Origin: a virus
IMG/VR virus record: IMGVR_UViG_3300042544_001941
Reading direction: 5' to 3' (one strand)
DNA length: 64,000 nt
This document shows, one piece after another, positions 38,339 to 47,864 of the stretch (positions are counted from its first letter, which is position 1; every line of letters starts with the position of its first letter). The position numbers were made by a program, and so were the translations under genes. The notes under the pieces are model-generated. The model ran no database searches and was not told the DNA's origin. It worked only from the letters and a program-made list of their open reading frames with translations.

Positions 38339-39019
38339 ATGTTAGAACAAAAATTAATGGAAGAGTTAAATCGTCACAGAGCGATTAACAAATACACACA
38401 GACAATGATTTTGGAACAAGATATGGGTGCGGATACTGCAGTTCCTGCAATTCCACCAGCAGACCCATTAGCGGCGGCACCTCCTGTTGAAGGAGCGCCG
38501 GCTGACCCATTAGCAGCTCCACCAGCAGAAGGTGCACCTGTAGATGCAGCAGCACCTCCAGCGGGAGGAGCACCTGCGGCAGATGCTGCGGGGGGTACAG
38601 AAGAGATTGATATTACTGATTTAGTTAATATGACTAAAAATATCAAAAACCAATTAGATAGTACTAAAGATAATAACAATGACGTTATCCAAAAAATGGA
38701 TGGTGTATTCAGTAAGTTATCTGATTTAGAACAAAAGTTGGCTCAAATGGATTCTGTGATGTCTAAGATTGATGAGTTAGGTAGTAGAATTGAACAAGTT
38801 AAACCAAAAACTCCACAGGAGAAATTGGAAATGCGTTCATTAGACTCATATCCATTCAATCAACACCCACAAGACTTCTTTAGTCAAAAACAAGAAGAAA
38901 TGAGACAAACAGGTAAAAATGAATATGTTTTAACTAAGGATGAAGTTGAAAGTTACGGTAAAGAACAAATAATGAAATCATTCAACCCAGACCAAGACGA
39001 TAATGAACCTCAGTACTAA
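38339..39019 (+). CDS. Hypothetical coiled-coil protein with Pro/Ala-rich linker
   Basis: Probable ATG at 38339 (MLEQKLMEELNRHRAINKY); PPADPLAA repeats; heptad region. Confidence 0.75.
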   Translation: MLEQKLMEELNRHRAINKYTQTMILEQDMGADTAVPAIPPADPLAAAPPVEGAPADPLAAPPAEGAPVDAAAPPAGGAPAADAAGGTEEIDITDLVNMTKNIKNQLDSTKDNNNDVIQKMDGVFSKLSDLEQKLAQMDSVMSKIDELGSRIEQVKPKTPQEKLEMRSLDSYPFNQHPQDFFSQKQEEMRQTGKNEYVLTKDEVESYGKEQIMKSFNPDQDDNEPQY

Positions 39020-39377
39020 CGTTCAATTTTTATTAGAAGCACAGATACAATTTAAAATATTACATTGGCAAACCAAAGGATATTCTAGACATATTGCATT
39101 TGGAGACATATATTCATCTATGGATGAAAAGATAGATTCATTTGTTGAAGTCGCAATGGGTAAGTATGGTAGATTCACATTAAGTGAAAATGAAAGAACA
39201 CTTAATTTACAGAATTTGTCTGAATTAGATTTAACTGTATTTTTAAAGTCTTTAAAATCTAATATCATTGGAATTGCGAATGGTTTGTCACAAGAAAAAG
39301 ACACAGATTTATTAAACATAAAAGACGAGATTTTAGCGGACGTAAACAAATTATCGTATCTCTTAACGTTGGAATAA
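39003..39377 (+). CDS. Dps/ferritin-like protein (DUF5856-like)
   Basis: LHWQTKGYSRHIAFGDIY......DSFVEVAMGKYGR...DLLNIKDEI....NKLSYLLTL. Confidence 0.8.
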   Translation: MNLSTNVQFLLEAQIQFKILHWQTKGYSRHIAFGDIYSSMDEKIDSFVEVAMGKYGRFTLSENERTLNLQNLSELDLTVFLKSLKSNIIGIANGLSQEKDTDLLNIKDEILADVNKLSYLLTLE

Positions 39378-39395
39378 AATTTCCTGAAAATTTTT

Positions 39396-39434
39396 AAAGC
39401 CGGGTTTGACAATCCGGCTTTTTTTGTTTATACT
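39396..39434 (+). terminator. Terminator hairpin overlapping the promoter of the replication operon
   Basis: AAAGCCGGGTT-TGAC-AATCCGGCTTT plus T-run; contains TTGACA (39406-39411)-N17-TATACT (39429-39434). Confidence 0.75.
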
Positions 39435-39477
39435 TTAAGTATAGATAATTTATTATTTTAATTAAAACCCAATTATT

Positions 39478-40338
39478 ATGTCAGTATTAGATTCGGTACT
39501 TGCTCAGTATGAGAAGACCAAAAACGCCGCAAGCGGCAGTGCAAACAAAGTATCCCAAGAGGATAGAATGAAGAAGTATTTCACAACAATCTTACCAAAA
39601 GGTGTAAGAAGTGTGGAAAAACGTATTCGTATTTTACCACCTGCAGATGGTGGAACTCCATTCGTACCTGTTAAATTTCACGAAATTCAGGTTGACGGAC
39701 AATGGACTAAATTGTATGACCCGGCACAAGAGGGTAAACGTTCACCATTAAATGAAGTTTATGAAAGTTTAATGATGACAGGTGTACAAGAAGACAGAGA
39801 CTTAGCAAGAAGCTATCGTTCTCGTGGTTTCTACATCGTTAAAGTTATCGACCGTGATAACGAACAAGACGGACCAAAATTTTGGAGATTTAAACACAAC
39901 ACAAAGGCTGATGGGGTATTGGATAAAATCCACCCAATTTTCAGAACCAAAGGTGATGTTACAGATGTCGAAAAAGGTCGTGACTTAATTCTTACATTAT
40001 CTCTAACTAAGGCGGGTAATGGTAAAGAATACACAACAATCAGTTCAGTAATCCCTGATGACCCATCTCCACTACACACAGACCCATCAATTGCTCAACA
40101 ATGGACAAATGATGAATTAACTTGGGCTGATGTTTATTCTAAAAAAGGTGAAGATTATCTTGAAATGGTAGCAAGAGGTGAAGTTCCACGTTGGGATAGT
40201 GAAGCAAAGAAATTCGTTTCAAACTCAACAGGTGAAGCAACTATCGGAACATCTACTCCGTCCACACCATCTACTCCGTCAGTAACTTATACTGACCCAC
40301 AAGATGAGGAAGAATCAAATGACGATTTACCGTTCTAA
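39478..40338 (+). CDS. Single-stranded DNA-binding protein (gp32-like)
   Basis: RIRILP, VIDRDNEQDGPKFW, DVEKGRDL and an acidic tail ending DDLPF. Confidence 0.8.
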   Translation: MSVLDSVLAQYEKTKNAASGSANKVSQEDRMKKYFTTILPKGVRSVEKRIRILPPADGGTPFVPVKFHEIQVDGQWTKLYDPAQEGKRSPLNEVYESLMMTGVQEDRDLARSYRSRGFYIVKVIDRDNEQDGPKFWRFKHNTKADGVLDKIHPIFRTKGDVTDVEKGRDLILTLSLTKAGNGKEYTTISSVIPDDPSPLHTDPSIAQQWTNDELTWADVYSKKGEDYLEMVARGEVPRWDSEAKKFVSNSTGEATIGTSTPSTPSTPSVTYTDPQDEEESNDDLPF

Positions 40339-40347
40339 ATAATTTAA

Positions 40348-40375
40348 GGGGTGGTGAAATATCCACCCCATTTTT
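40348..40375 (+). terminator. Hairpin after SSB (terminator or mRNA stabiliser)
   Basis: GGGGTGG-TGAAATAT-CCACCCC followed by ATTTTT. Confidence 0.65.
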
Positions 40376-40387
40376 AAAAACAAAACA

Positions 40388-41362
40388 ATGGCAGGTATTA
40401 AAAAAACAGATTTTTCGGCAATCAAGAAGAAATTCTCGAAAGAAGCCGAATACAAACCAGACCGTTTCTTCGATTTGGGTGATGCCTTCTTGGAAGCCAC
40501 AGGTTTACCGGGTCCTGTAATGGGACATATCAATATGTTATTAGGACATAGTGATACGGGTAAAACAACAGCGTTAGTAAAGACTGCAGTTGATGCTCAA
40601 AAGAAAGGAATTATTCCTGTGTTCATCATTACAGAACAAAAATGGAGTTGGGAACACGCGGAGTTGATGGGATTCGATAGAGAAGGTGATTATCTTTTCA
40701 ATAGTGACTTTGAATACATTGAACAAATCACAGATTATATCAATGAATTATTAGACGCGCAACAAAAGGGTGATATTCCTCACGACTTACTTTTCCTTTG
40801 GGATTCAGTTGGTTCAGTTCCTTGTAAAATGACTTTCGATGGTAAAGGTGGTAAACAACACAATGCATCAGTTTTAGCTGATAAGATTGGTATGGGAATC
40901 AACCAAAGAATTTCAGGTTCAAGAAGAGCAGATAAACCTCACACAAGTACATTGGTTATTGTTAACCAACCTTGGGTAGAATTACCTGACAATCCTTTTG
41001 GACAACCAAAAATTAAAGCTAAAGGTGGTGAAGCCATTTGGTTAAACTCATCATTGGTATTTTTATTTGGTAATCAAAAAGGTGCGGGTACCACTAAAAT
41101 CTCAATCACTAAAGATAAGAGAAAAATCAGAATCGCAACACGTACTAAAATCTCAATCAGTAAGAACCACATCAATGGTGGCGGATATGAGGACGGACGT
41201 ATCTTGGTAACTCCACAAGGATTTATGCACGGTAAGGACGACACTGAAGAGAAACGTTCTATCGAAGAGTACAAACGTGATAACAGCGATTACATTAGTA
41301 CACAATTGAAGGTTAACGTTACTGACCTTGCAGATGCAGAAGTTGTAACAGAAGAAGAGTAA
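40388..41362 (+). CDS. recA: RecA/UvsX-like recombinase
   Basis: GHSDTGKTT Walker A, IITE, WDSVGS, VNQ and KGGEAI; lies next to the SSB. Confidence 0.85.
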   Translation: MAGIKKTDFSAIKKKFSKEAEYKPDRFFDLGDAFLEATGLPGPVMGHINMLLGHSDTGKTTALVKTAVDAQKKGIIPVFIITEQKWSWEHAELMGFDREGDYLFNSDFEYIEQITDYINELLDAQQKGDIPHDLLFLWDSVGSVPCKMTFDGKGGKQHNASVLADKIGMGINQRISGSRRADKPHTSTLVIVNQPWVELPDNPFGQPKIKAKGGEAIWLNSSLVFLFGNQKGAGTTKISITKDKRKIRIATRTKISISKNHINGGGYEDGRILVTPQGFMHGKDDTEEKRSIEEYKRDNSDYISTQLKVNVTDLADAEVVTEEE

Positions 41363-41380
41363 TCTATAATAAAAATTTAA

Positions 41381-42403
41381 ATGTCCGTTCTACTTGTTGA
41401 TGGAGACAATTTACTTACGATTGGTTTCTATGGTCTCAAAAACCATTACTATAAGGGCAAACATATTGGAGGAATTTATCATTTTATCAATACTCTTAGA
41501 AGAGCGTTTGAGATATATCAATTAGATAAAATTGTAGTGTTTTGGGATGGGGAAGATTCCGCAATCCTAAGAAAACAAATATATCACCAATACAAAGAGA
41601 ATAGACGAAGTAGATTAAGAACTGAAGAGGAGGTTGATAATTACAATTATCAAAGAACAAGAATAAAACAATACCTTGAAGAACTTTATGTTAGACAAGG
41701 TGAATACAAAAATTGTGAAACCGACGATTGTATTGCGTACTATGTTCAAAACTCCCCTAATGAAAAAAAGATTATTTATTCTTCAGACAGAGATTTAGCA
41801 CAACTTGTTAATGAACATACTCAATTATTTAATCCTTCACACGGTAAATTATACAAACCGAAGGATACAATTGAATACGACCACGAAACAATTTTAATTG
41901 AAAATGTAAAATTAATTAAAATCTTATGTGGTGACCCTTCAGACAATATTTCAGGGATAAAGAATATGGGTATTAAAAGACTCATATCTCTTTTTCCTGA
42001 GATAAAACACACACCCCTCACACTTTCAGAAATTAAAGAAAAAGGTAACCTATTATTTGAACAAGATAAAAATAATTGGTTGGTTAGAAACCTATTAACC
42101 GGCGTCACCAAATATGGTGTATTCGGAGAAGAATTTTTTGACATCAATGATAGAATAGTGAATTTAGATGTTCCATTTTTAGATGACGAAGCTAAATCAC
42201 AGGTTACCCAATTAATAAATGAAAATTTGGACACTGAGGGGAGGTCATATAAAAACACAATGAAAATGATGATGGAGGACGGGATATTCCTCCTATTACC
42301 TAAATCAGATGATAAATGGATAGTATTTTTAAATCCATTCCTAAGATTAACCAGAAAAGAAAAAAATAAACACATTTTTAAATTAAAAAAAAATAAACAA
42401 TGA
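41381..42403 (+). CDS. 5'-3' exonuclease / flap endonuclease (T4 RNase H / PolA N-terminal-like)
   Basis: LLVDGDNL, VFWDG, YKENR, ETDDCIA, SSDRDLAQL and GDPSDNISGIKNMGIK. Confidence 0.92.
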   Translation: MSVLLVDGDNLLTIGFYGLKNHYYKGKHIGGIYHFINTLRRAFEIYQLDKIVVFWDGEDSAILRKQIYHQYKENRRSRLRTEEEVDNYNYQRTRIKQYLEELYVRQGEYKNCETDDCIAYYVQNSPNEKKIIYSSDRDLAQLVNEHTQLFNPSHGKLYKPKDTIEYDHETILIENVKLIKILCGDPSDNISGIKNMGIKRLISLFPEIKHTPLTLSEIKEKGNLLFEQDKNNWLVRNLLTGVTKYGVFGEEFFDINDRIVNLDVPFLDDEAKSQVTQLINENLDTEGRSYKNTMKMMMEDGIFLLLPKSDDKWIVFLNPFLRLTRKEKNKHIFKLKKNKQ

Positions 42404-42843
42404 ACAATCAAGACGTAACAAAATTTGAATTCCTTTTAACCCTTGAAGGTAATTTCATTATCCAAAGATTCTTTAACGTAAAGGGATATAATCCGCAGGC
42501 TAGAAGGTCACTAGATTTACACTACACAGTGAAAAATATTTGTGACGAAATTGCTGAAGATTTGAAAATGAAAAGTTCCGATTATATGTGTGAAAATCAA
42601 AATTATTTCTTGTCTAACGAGAATGTGGAAGATAACGAACCACAAAAAGAAGAGTACTTTTTATTGGAAGTTAAGTTAAATGACGATGTATTTATTTCAA
42701 GAATATTTCCCGCACACGTTTACCACCCAAAGGCTAGATACGCGGTTGATGTTAGACCTAAAGTTAGGAAAATTTTGTCAGAGTTAACTGATGTTTTGTC
42801 AGATTATGAACTTGAAACTACCTATTTGGGTTATGAACTTTAA
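42400..42843 (+). CDS. Hypothetical protein in the replication operon
   Basis: 147-aa ORF, ATGA-coupled to the exonuclease. Confidence 0.75.
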   Translation: MNNQDVTKFEFLLTLEGNFIIQRFFNVKGYNPQARRSLDLHYTVKNICDEIAEDLKMKSSDYMCENQNYFLSNENVEDNEPQKEEYFLLEVKLNDDVFISRIFPAHVYHPKARYAVDVRPKVRKILSELTDVLSDYELETTYLGYEL

Positions 42844-42875
42844 TAATATTTTTAATATATAAACATATACATCTA

Positions 42876-44261
42876 ATGAGTGAAAAAAACTTTGGTCAAC
42901 TTGGTCAGAATTTCCAAAAATCCTTAATTAAGGTAATAATTGAAAACAAAAAATTTGCAGTCACTATTGTTGATGTAATTGAAAGTAAGTACTTTGATGG
43001 TCCATATTTCAGATATATTATTGAAAATATTAAAGAATTATATGGTCTATATGGTGAGATGCCGTCTTATGAAACGTTAGCTCAGAAAATTTTAGTTGAG
43101 AACAACAAAGACACCACATCTTCAATTCATATGGATACGTTGAAAGGTATTCAAGAACACGACTTAACGAATGAGTCTTGGATTATGGATACCGCAATGA
43201 ATTTCTGTAAACAACAGGTATTAAAGAAAGAACTTAAGACTGTTGAGAAGATTATAGAAAACGGTGATTTTGAAGAATATAGAAAGATTGAACAGATAAT
43301 TCAAAAGGCATTACAAGTAGGTGCAACATCAGACGACATTAGAGACGTGTTTGAAAACCCATCTGCAGCTTTAGAGAAAGACTCAAGAGTCCCAATCCCA
43401 TTGGGAATTGTGGGTATTGACAATCTTTTGAAGGGTGGTCTTGGTATTGGTGAATTGGGTGTTGTTTTAGCACCTACAGGAACAGGTAAAACTACATTAC
43501 TTACCAAAATTGCAAATAGTGCACACGCTGATGGTAAAAACGTACTTCAAATATTCTTTGAAGATAATGTTACTAACATCTTAAGAAAGCATTACACAAT
43601 TTGGAGTGGAATTGCACCCGATGACCAAATCGAAAGAAAAGAAGAAGTAATTGCGAAGGTTAAAGAAATGGAAGCTAATTCAAAAGGTAAGTTAAAACTT
43701 TTGAAGATGCCAAGTGATTCAGTTACTATTTCAGAAATCAAATCTAAAATTAGAAAATTACATTCTGAAGGATTTGTTGTCGATGTTTTACTAATTGACT
43801 ATGTTGATTGTATTTCACCAGAAAGGTCTACCTTTGGTGAAGAATGGAAAGGTGAAGGTTCAATTATGAGAAGTTTAGAATCGATGACATCGGAATTTAA
43901 TATTGCCATTTGGACGGCAACACAAGGTAATCGTGAATCAATTTCTTCAGAAGTTGTAACTACAGACCAAATGGGTGGTTCAATTAAAAAAGCACAAATC
44001 GGACACGTTGTAATGTCAGTTGGTAAAACTATGGAACAAAAAGAACACAACTTGGCAACTATGACGTTATTGAAATCTCGTATTGGTAGAGATGGTGTTA
44101 TATTCCAAAACTGTACATTTAACAATGAAATGTTAATCATTGACACAGATAGTCAAAATACCCTACTTGGATTCGAAGAACAAAAAACACAGGAGAGAGC
44201 TAACAGAGCTGCGGAGGTGTACAAGAAGACCCAAGAAAAAAAACAAATATTAATTAATTAA
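42876..44261 (+). CDS. dnaB: Replicative DnaB/gp41-like helicase
   Basis: [27 protein letters not shown] and KSRIG. Confidence 0.92.
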   Translation: MSEKNFGQLGQNFQKSLIKVIIENKKFAVTIVDVIESKYFDGPYFRYIIENIKELYGLYGEMPSYETLAQKILVENNKDTTSSIHMDTLKGIQEHDLTNESWIMDTAMNFCKQQVLKKELKTVEKIIENGDFEEYRKIEQIIQKALQVGATSDDIRDVFENPSAALEKDSRVPIPLGIVGIDNLLKGGLGIGELGVVLAPTGTGKTTLLTKIANSAHADGKNVLQIFFEDNVTNILRKHYTIWSGIAPDDQIERKEEVIAKVKEMEANSKGKLKLLKMPSDSVTISEIKSKIRKLHSEGFVVDVLLIDYVDCISPERSTFGEEWKGEGSIMRSLESMTSEFNIAIWTATQGNRESISSEVVTTDQMGGSIKKAQIGHVVMSVGKTMEQKEHNLATMTLLKSRIGRDGVIFQNCTFNNEMLIIDTDSQNTLLGFEEQKTQERANRAAEVYKKTQEKKQILIN

Positions 44262-44280
44262 TCAAAAAAAAACTAAAACG

Positions 44281-45255
44281 ATGACTGAAAAGATTTTGCA
44301 AGAAAATCCTGGACGATTTGTCCTTTTTCCAATCGAACATCACGATTTATGGAAACTTTATAAACAACAAGAAGCGTGTTTTTGGACCGCTGAAGAAATA
44401 GACTTATCACAGGATATCTCAGATTGGGAAAATAAATTGAACAATGATGAACAACATTTTGTCAAACACGTATTAGCGTTCTTCGCAGCGTCTGATGGAA
44501 TCGTTAATGAAAACATCGCAATGAATTTTGTTAATTCTGTTCAATATACTGAGGCGAAATTCTTTTATGGTTTCCAAATTATGATGGAGAACATTCATAG
44601 TGAAACGTATTCATTGTTGATTGACACATATATTAAAGACAAAGAAGAACAGAATAAATTGTTTAACGCAATTGAAACCGTTCCTGCTATTCAAAAGAAA
44701 GCAAAGTGGGCTATGAATTACATCGACAACGGTACATTCGTTGAAAGATTAATTGCGTTTGCGGCTGTTGAAGGTATTTTCTTCTCAGGTTCATTCTGTT
44801 CATTATTTTGGTTAAAGAAGAGAGGTTTAATGCCAGGTCTTACCTTTTCAAACGAATTAATTTCTCGTGATGAGGGTATGCACTGTGATTATGCTTGTCA
44901 TCTTTACAATAACCATATTGAAAATAAATTATCTGAAAAGAAGATTAAAGATATTATCTGTGGAGCGTTAGAAATTGAAAAAGAATTTATCCTTGAAGCA
45001 TTACCAGTTCGTTTAATTGGTATGAATTCTGATTTGATGGCACAATACCTTGAGTTCGTAACGGATAGATTGTTGGTTGCTTTAGGATGTTCTAAGGTTT
45101 ACAATACCACAAATCCTTTTGATTTTATGGAGAACATTGCAATCCAAGGTAAAACAAATTTCTTTGAGAAAAGAGTTGCTGAATATCAAAAAGCAGGAGT
45201 ACATAATAAATCAGATGAAGAACTAGATAGTGCGTTTTCTGATATGGATTTTTAA
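44281..45255 (+). CDS. nrdB: Ribonucleotide reductase class Ia beta subunit
   Basis: [30 protein letters not shown] (radical Tyr), [16 protein letters not shown] and NFFEKRV.EY. Confidence 0.97.
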   Translation: MTEKILQENPGRFVLFPIEHHDLWKLYKQQEACFWTAEEIDLSQDISDWENKLNNDEQHFVKHVLAFFAASDGIVNENIAMNFVNSVQYTEAKFFYGFQIMMENIHSETYSLLIDTYIKDKEEQNKLFNAIETVPAIQKKAKWAMNYIDNGTFVERLIAFAAVEGIFFSGSFCSLFWLKKRGLMPGLTFSNELISRDEGMHCDYACHLYNNHIENKLSEKKIKDIICGALEIEKEFILEALPVRLIGMNSDLMAQYLEFVTDRLLVALGCSKVYNTTNPFDFMENIAIQGKTNFFEKRVAEYQKAGVHNKSDEELDSAFSDMDF

Positions 45256-45276
45256 AATTAAAAGTTTTTATATAAA

Positions 45277-47703
45277 ATGAAAGTTAAAAAGAGGAACGGT
45301 GAATTAGAAGAAATGAGATATGACAAAATAACTAAGCGTATTAGTGCTTTATGTCACGATTTAAATATGGAATACGTTGACCCAACATACATTACTTTAA
45401 AGGTAACTCAAGGAATTTATGATGGGATATCAACAATCGAATTGGATAAATTAGCTGCAGAAACTGCTGCACAGATGACTACAACTCACCCTGACTATGC
45501 TAAGTTAGCAGGTAGAATAGCGGTGTCTAATTTACATAAATCAACACCAAGAAAGTTTTCACAGTGTATCAAAGAACTACATTCTTTTATTGAACCTAAG
45601 ACAGGTAAAGAGTCAACATTGATTTCTGACAATGTTTATAGTTTTGTAATGGAGAATAGAGAAGTTATCGATAGTGCGGTTAATATGGATAGAGATTTGG
45701 ATTTTGATTATTTCGGATTCAAAACTTTAGAACGTTCGTACTTGTTGAAAATTGGTGATAGAATTGTAGAAAGACCTCAGTATATGTATATGAGGGTTGC
45801 TGTTGGTATTTGTAAAGGTGATGTACAAATGGCGTTAAGAATTTATGATGACTTATCACAACACTTTTACACTCACGCAACACCTACATTATTTAATGCT
45901 GGTACACGTAGACCACAAATGTCATCTTGTTTTTTAATTGGTAATAAAGGTGATGATATCGATGGATTATTCGATACAATCAAAGACGTTGCAAAGATTT
46001 CTAAGTGGGCTGGTGGTATTGGATTACACGTACACGATGTTCGTGCTAAAGGTTCATATATTAAAGGAACAGGTGGAGAATCTGACGGTTTAATCCCGAT
46101 GATGAAAACATATAATGAAGTTGCTCGTTGGATAAATCAAGGAGGAAAACGTAAAGGTTCATTTGCGATATATTTGGAACCTTGGCATTCTGATATTTTT
46201 GATTTTATCGATTTAAGAAAGAATCACGGTAAGGAAGAAATGAGAGCTAGAGATTTATTCTTGGCTATGTGGACACCTGATTTATTTATGCAACGTGTTG
46301 AGAGTGATGGTGATTGGTCATTATTTTCTCCTGATGAAGCGCCGGGTTTATCGGATGCTTATGATAGTCCTGAAGATAAATCATTTACTCGTTTGTATGA
46401 ACAATACGAACAAGAAGGTAAAGCACGAAAGGTTATTAAGGCGAGAAAATTAATGGATGCAATATTAACTGCACAAATTGAAACAGGAACACCTTATATG
46501 TTATATAAGGACCCTGCAAACTATAAATCAAATCAAAAGAACTTAGGTACAATTAAGTCATCAAACTTATGTACCGAAATACTTGAGTACTCCTCTCCAA
46601 CAGAACAAGCGGTTTGTAATTTGGCGTCAATCGCATTACCTAAGTATATTATCAATGGTGAGTTTAATCACGAACTGTTATATGAATATACCTACCAAGT
46701 TGTAAAGAACTTGAACAACGTAATCGATTTAAATTTTTACCCAACCGAAGAAACAAAACGTTCAAATTTCAAACATCGTCCTGTTGGTTTGGGGGTTCAG
46801 GGATTGGCTGATGTATTTTGTTTATTGAGTATTCCTTTTGAAAGTGAGGAAGCGGATAAATTACAAACAGAAATCTTTGAAACAATTTATTTTGCGGCAC
46901 TTACATCTTCAAAAGATTTATCAAAAGTATTTGGTCCTTATGAATCTATTGTTGGTTCACCAATTGAGAAAGGTATTTTCCAATTCCAAATGTGGAACAA
47001 AACAGATAAAGATTTATCAGGTCGTTGGGATTGGAAATCACTAAGAAAAGAAGTGGTAAACTATGGTGTTAGAAACTCATTATTAGTAGCACCAATGCCA
47101 ACAGCATCTACCGCACAAATTTTGGGTAATAACGAAGCGTTTGAACCATTTACAACTAACCTTTATCTTAGAAGAACTTTGGGTGGTGAGTTTGTGGTAA
47201 TCAACAAACATTTAGTAAATGACCTTTTAAAAGTTGGTATGTGGAATGACACAATCAAAAACAAACTAATTTTCGAAAATGGTTCGGTGCAAAATATACC
47301 TGAAATACCTACAGAATTAAAAGAAGTTTACAAGACAGTTTGGGAAATGTCTCAAAAGAGAATTTTACAAATGGCTGCAAATAGGTCTATTTTCATTGAC
47401 CAATCTCAGTCATTAAACTTGTTTATAGATAATGTAACCAAACCAAAATTATTGGCAGCACATATCTTTGGATGGAAATCAGGTTTAAAAACGGGTATGT
47501 ACTATCTAAGAACAAGAGCGGCGGTTGACGCAATCAAAACTTTGGGTGTGGAAATGTCAGCACCACAAAAAGTGGAAACGACATCAGCAAACACACAAAA
47601 TGTTGAATTACCGACTAAGTCGATTTTGTTTGAACAAAATGAAACTGCTTTAAGTATGAAACCAACCGACTCACCATTTGAGTGTGAGGGTTGTGGTTCA
47701 TAA
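45277..47703 (+). CDS. nrdA: Ribonucleotide reductase class Ia alpha subunit with ATP cone
   Basis: VKKRNG ATP cone, ATPTLFNAG, SSCF, SNLCTEI, CNLAS, APMPTAST, LKTGMYYLR and C-terminal CEGCGS. Confidence 0.97.
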   Translation: MKVKKRNGELEEMRYDKITKRISALCHDLNMEYVDPTYITLKVTQGIYDGISTIELDKLAAETAAQMTTTHPDYAKLAGRIAVSNLHKSTPRKFSQCIKELHSFIEPKTGKESTLISDNVYSFVMENREVIDSAVNMDRDLDFDYFGFKTLERSYLLKIGDRIVERPQYMYMRVAVGICKGDVQMALRIYDDLSQHFYTHATPTLFNAGTRRPQMSSCFLIGNKGDDIDGLFDTIKDVAKISKWAGGIGLHVHDVRAKGSYIKGTGGESDGLIPMMKTYNEVARWINQGGKRKGSFAIYLEPWHSDIFDFIDLRKNHGKEEMRARDLFLAMWTPDLFMQRVESDGDWSLFSPDEAPGLSDAYDSPEDKSFTRLYEQYEQEGKARKVIKARKLMDAILTAQIETGTPYMLYKDPANYKSNQKNLGTIKSSNLCTEILEYSSPTEQAVCNLASIALPKYIINGEFNHELLYEYTYQVVKNLNNVIDLNFYPTEETKRSNFKHRPVGLGVQGLADVFCLLSIPFESEEADKLQTEIFETIYFAALTSSKDLSKVFGPYESIVGSPIEKGIFQFQMWNKTDKDLSGRWDWKSLRKEVVNYGVRNSLLVAPMPTASTAQILGNNEAFEPFTTNLYLRRTLGGEFVVINKHLVNDLLKVGMWNDTIKNKLIFENGSVQNIPEIPTELKEVYKTVWEMSQKRILQMAANRSIFIDQSQSLNLFIDNVTKPKLLAAHIFGWKSGLKTGMYYLRTRAAVDAIKTLGVEMSAPQKVETTSANTQNVELPTKSILFEQNETALSMKPTDSPFECEGCGS

Positions 47704-47708
47704 AGATA

Positions 47709-47799
47709 ATGGGAGGCTCCCTCAAAGTACTAATGTCGTCAAGGCGTACCTTGAGCTTCCAGGTCTCGAGAATACAGGGGGTGAATATCAAGACACCAT
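47709..47799 (+). ncRNA. Candidate structured RNA in the nrdA 3' region
   Basis: GC-richer island with GGAGGCTC/GAGCTTCC, GTAC/GTAC and GTCTCGA/TCAAGAC pairings, plus a possible CCCTC/GGGGG pseudoknot. Confidence 0.5.
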
Positions 47800-47802
47800 A
47801 TT

Positions 47803-47827
47803 AAACCCAACTTCGGTTGGGTTTTTT
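47803..47827 (+). terminator. Intrinsic terminator ending the replication/RNR operon
   Basis: AAACCCAAC-TTCG-GTTGGGTTT with a cUUCGg loop and T-run. Confidence 0.9.
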
Positions 47828-47864
47828 ATTTATTCCCATTTTAGTTTAGTTTATATTTATTGAT

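Noticed and set aside
41821-42411. 196-aa antisense ORF and other short antisense ORFs in the track (e.g. 7009-7404, 33058-33429, 38374-38679, 39023-39412, 43799-44146)
   Set aside because: They lie opposite well-supported genes, have F/S/I/L-biased shadow composition, and lack initiation signals.
11564-47703. Eukaryotic giant virus, suggested by PolB, SNF2 and eukaryote-like RNR
   Set aside because: Sheath, tube, baseplate, DnaB, PhoH, bacterial promoters, intrinsic terminators and coupled operons indicate a bacteriophage.
11564-47703. Inteins or self-splicing introns in polB, recA, dnaB, nrdA/nrdB
   Set aside because: ORFs are uninterrupted and of ordinary length, with no C...HN or LAGLIDADG signatures.
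47695-47760. Stop-codon readthrough or frameshift of nrdA stimulated by the downstream structure
   Set aside because: A second in-frame TAA follows one codon later (TAA AGA TAA), there is no slippery heptamer, and nrdA ends in the normal CxxCGS.
47711-47797. HDV-like/theta, hammerhead or tRNA identity for the structured element
   Set aside because: No UCCUCG-type L3, no CUGANGA/GAAA core, and no cloverleaf or TTCGA arm could be fitted.
47678-47863. 61-aa ORF spanning the nrdA 3' region
   Set aside because: TTG start inside nrdA, runs through a clear terminator, and is better explained as structured RNA.
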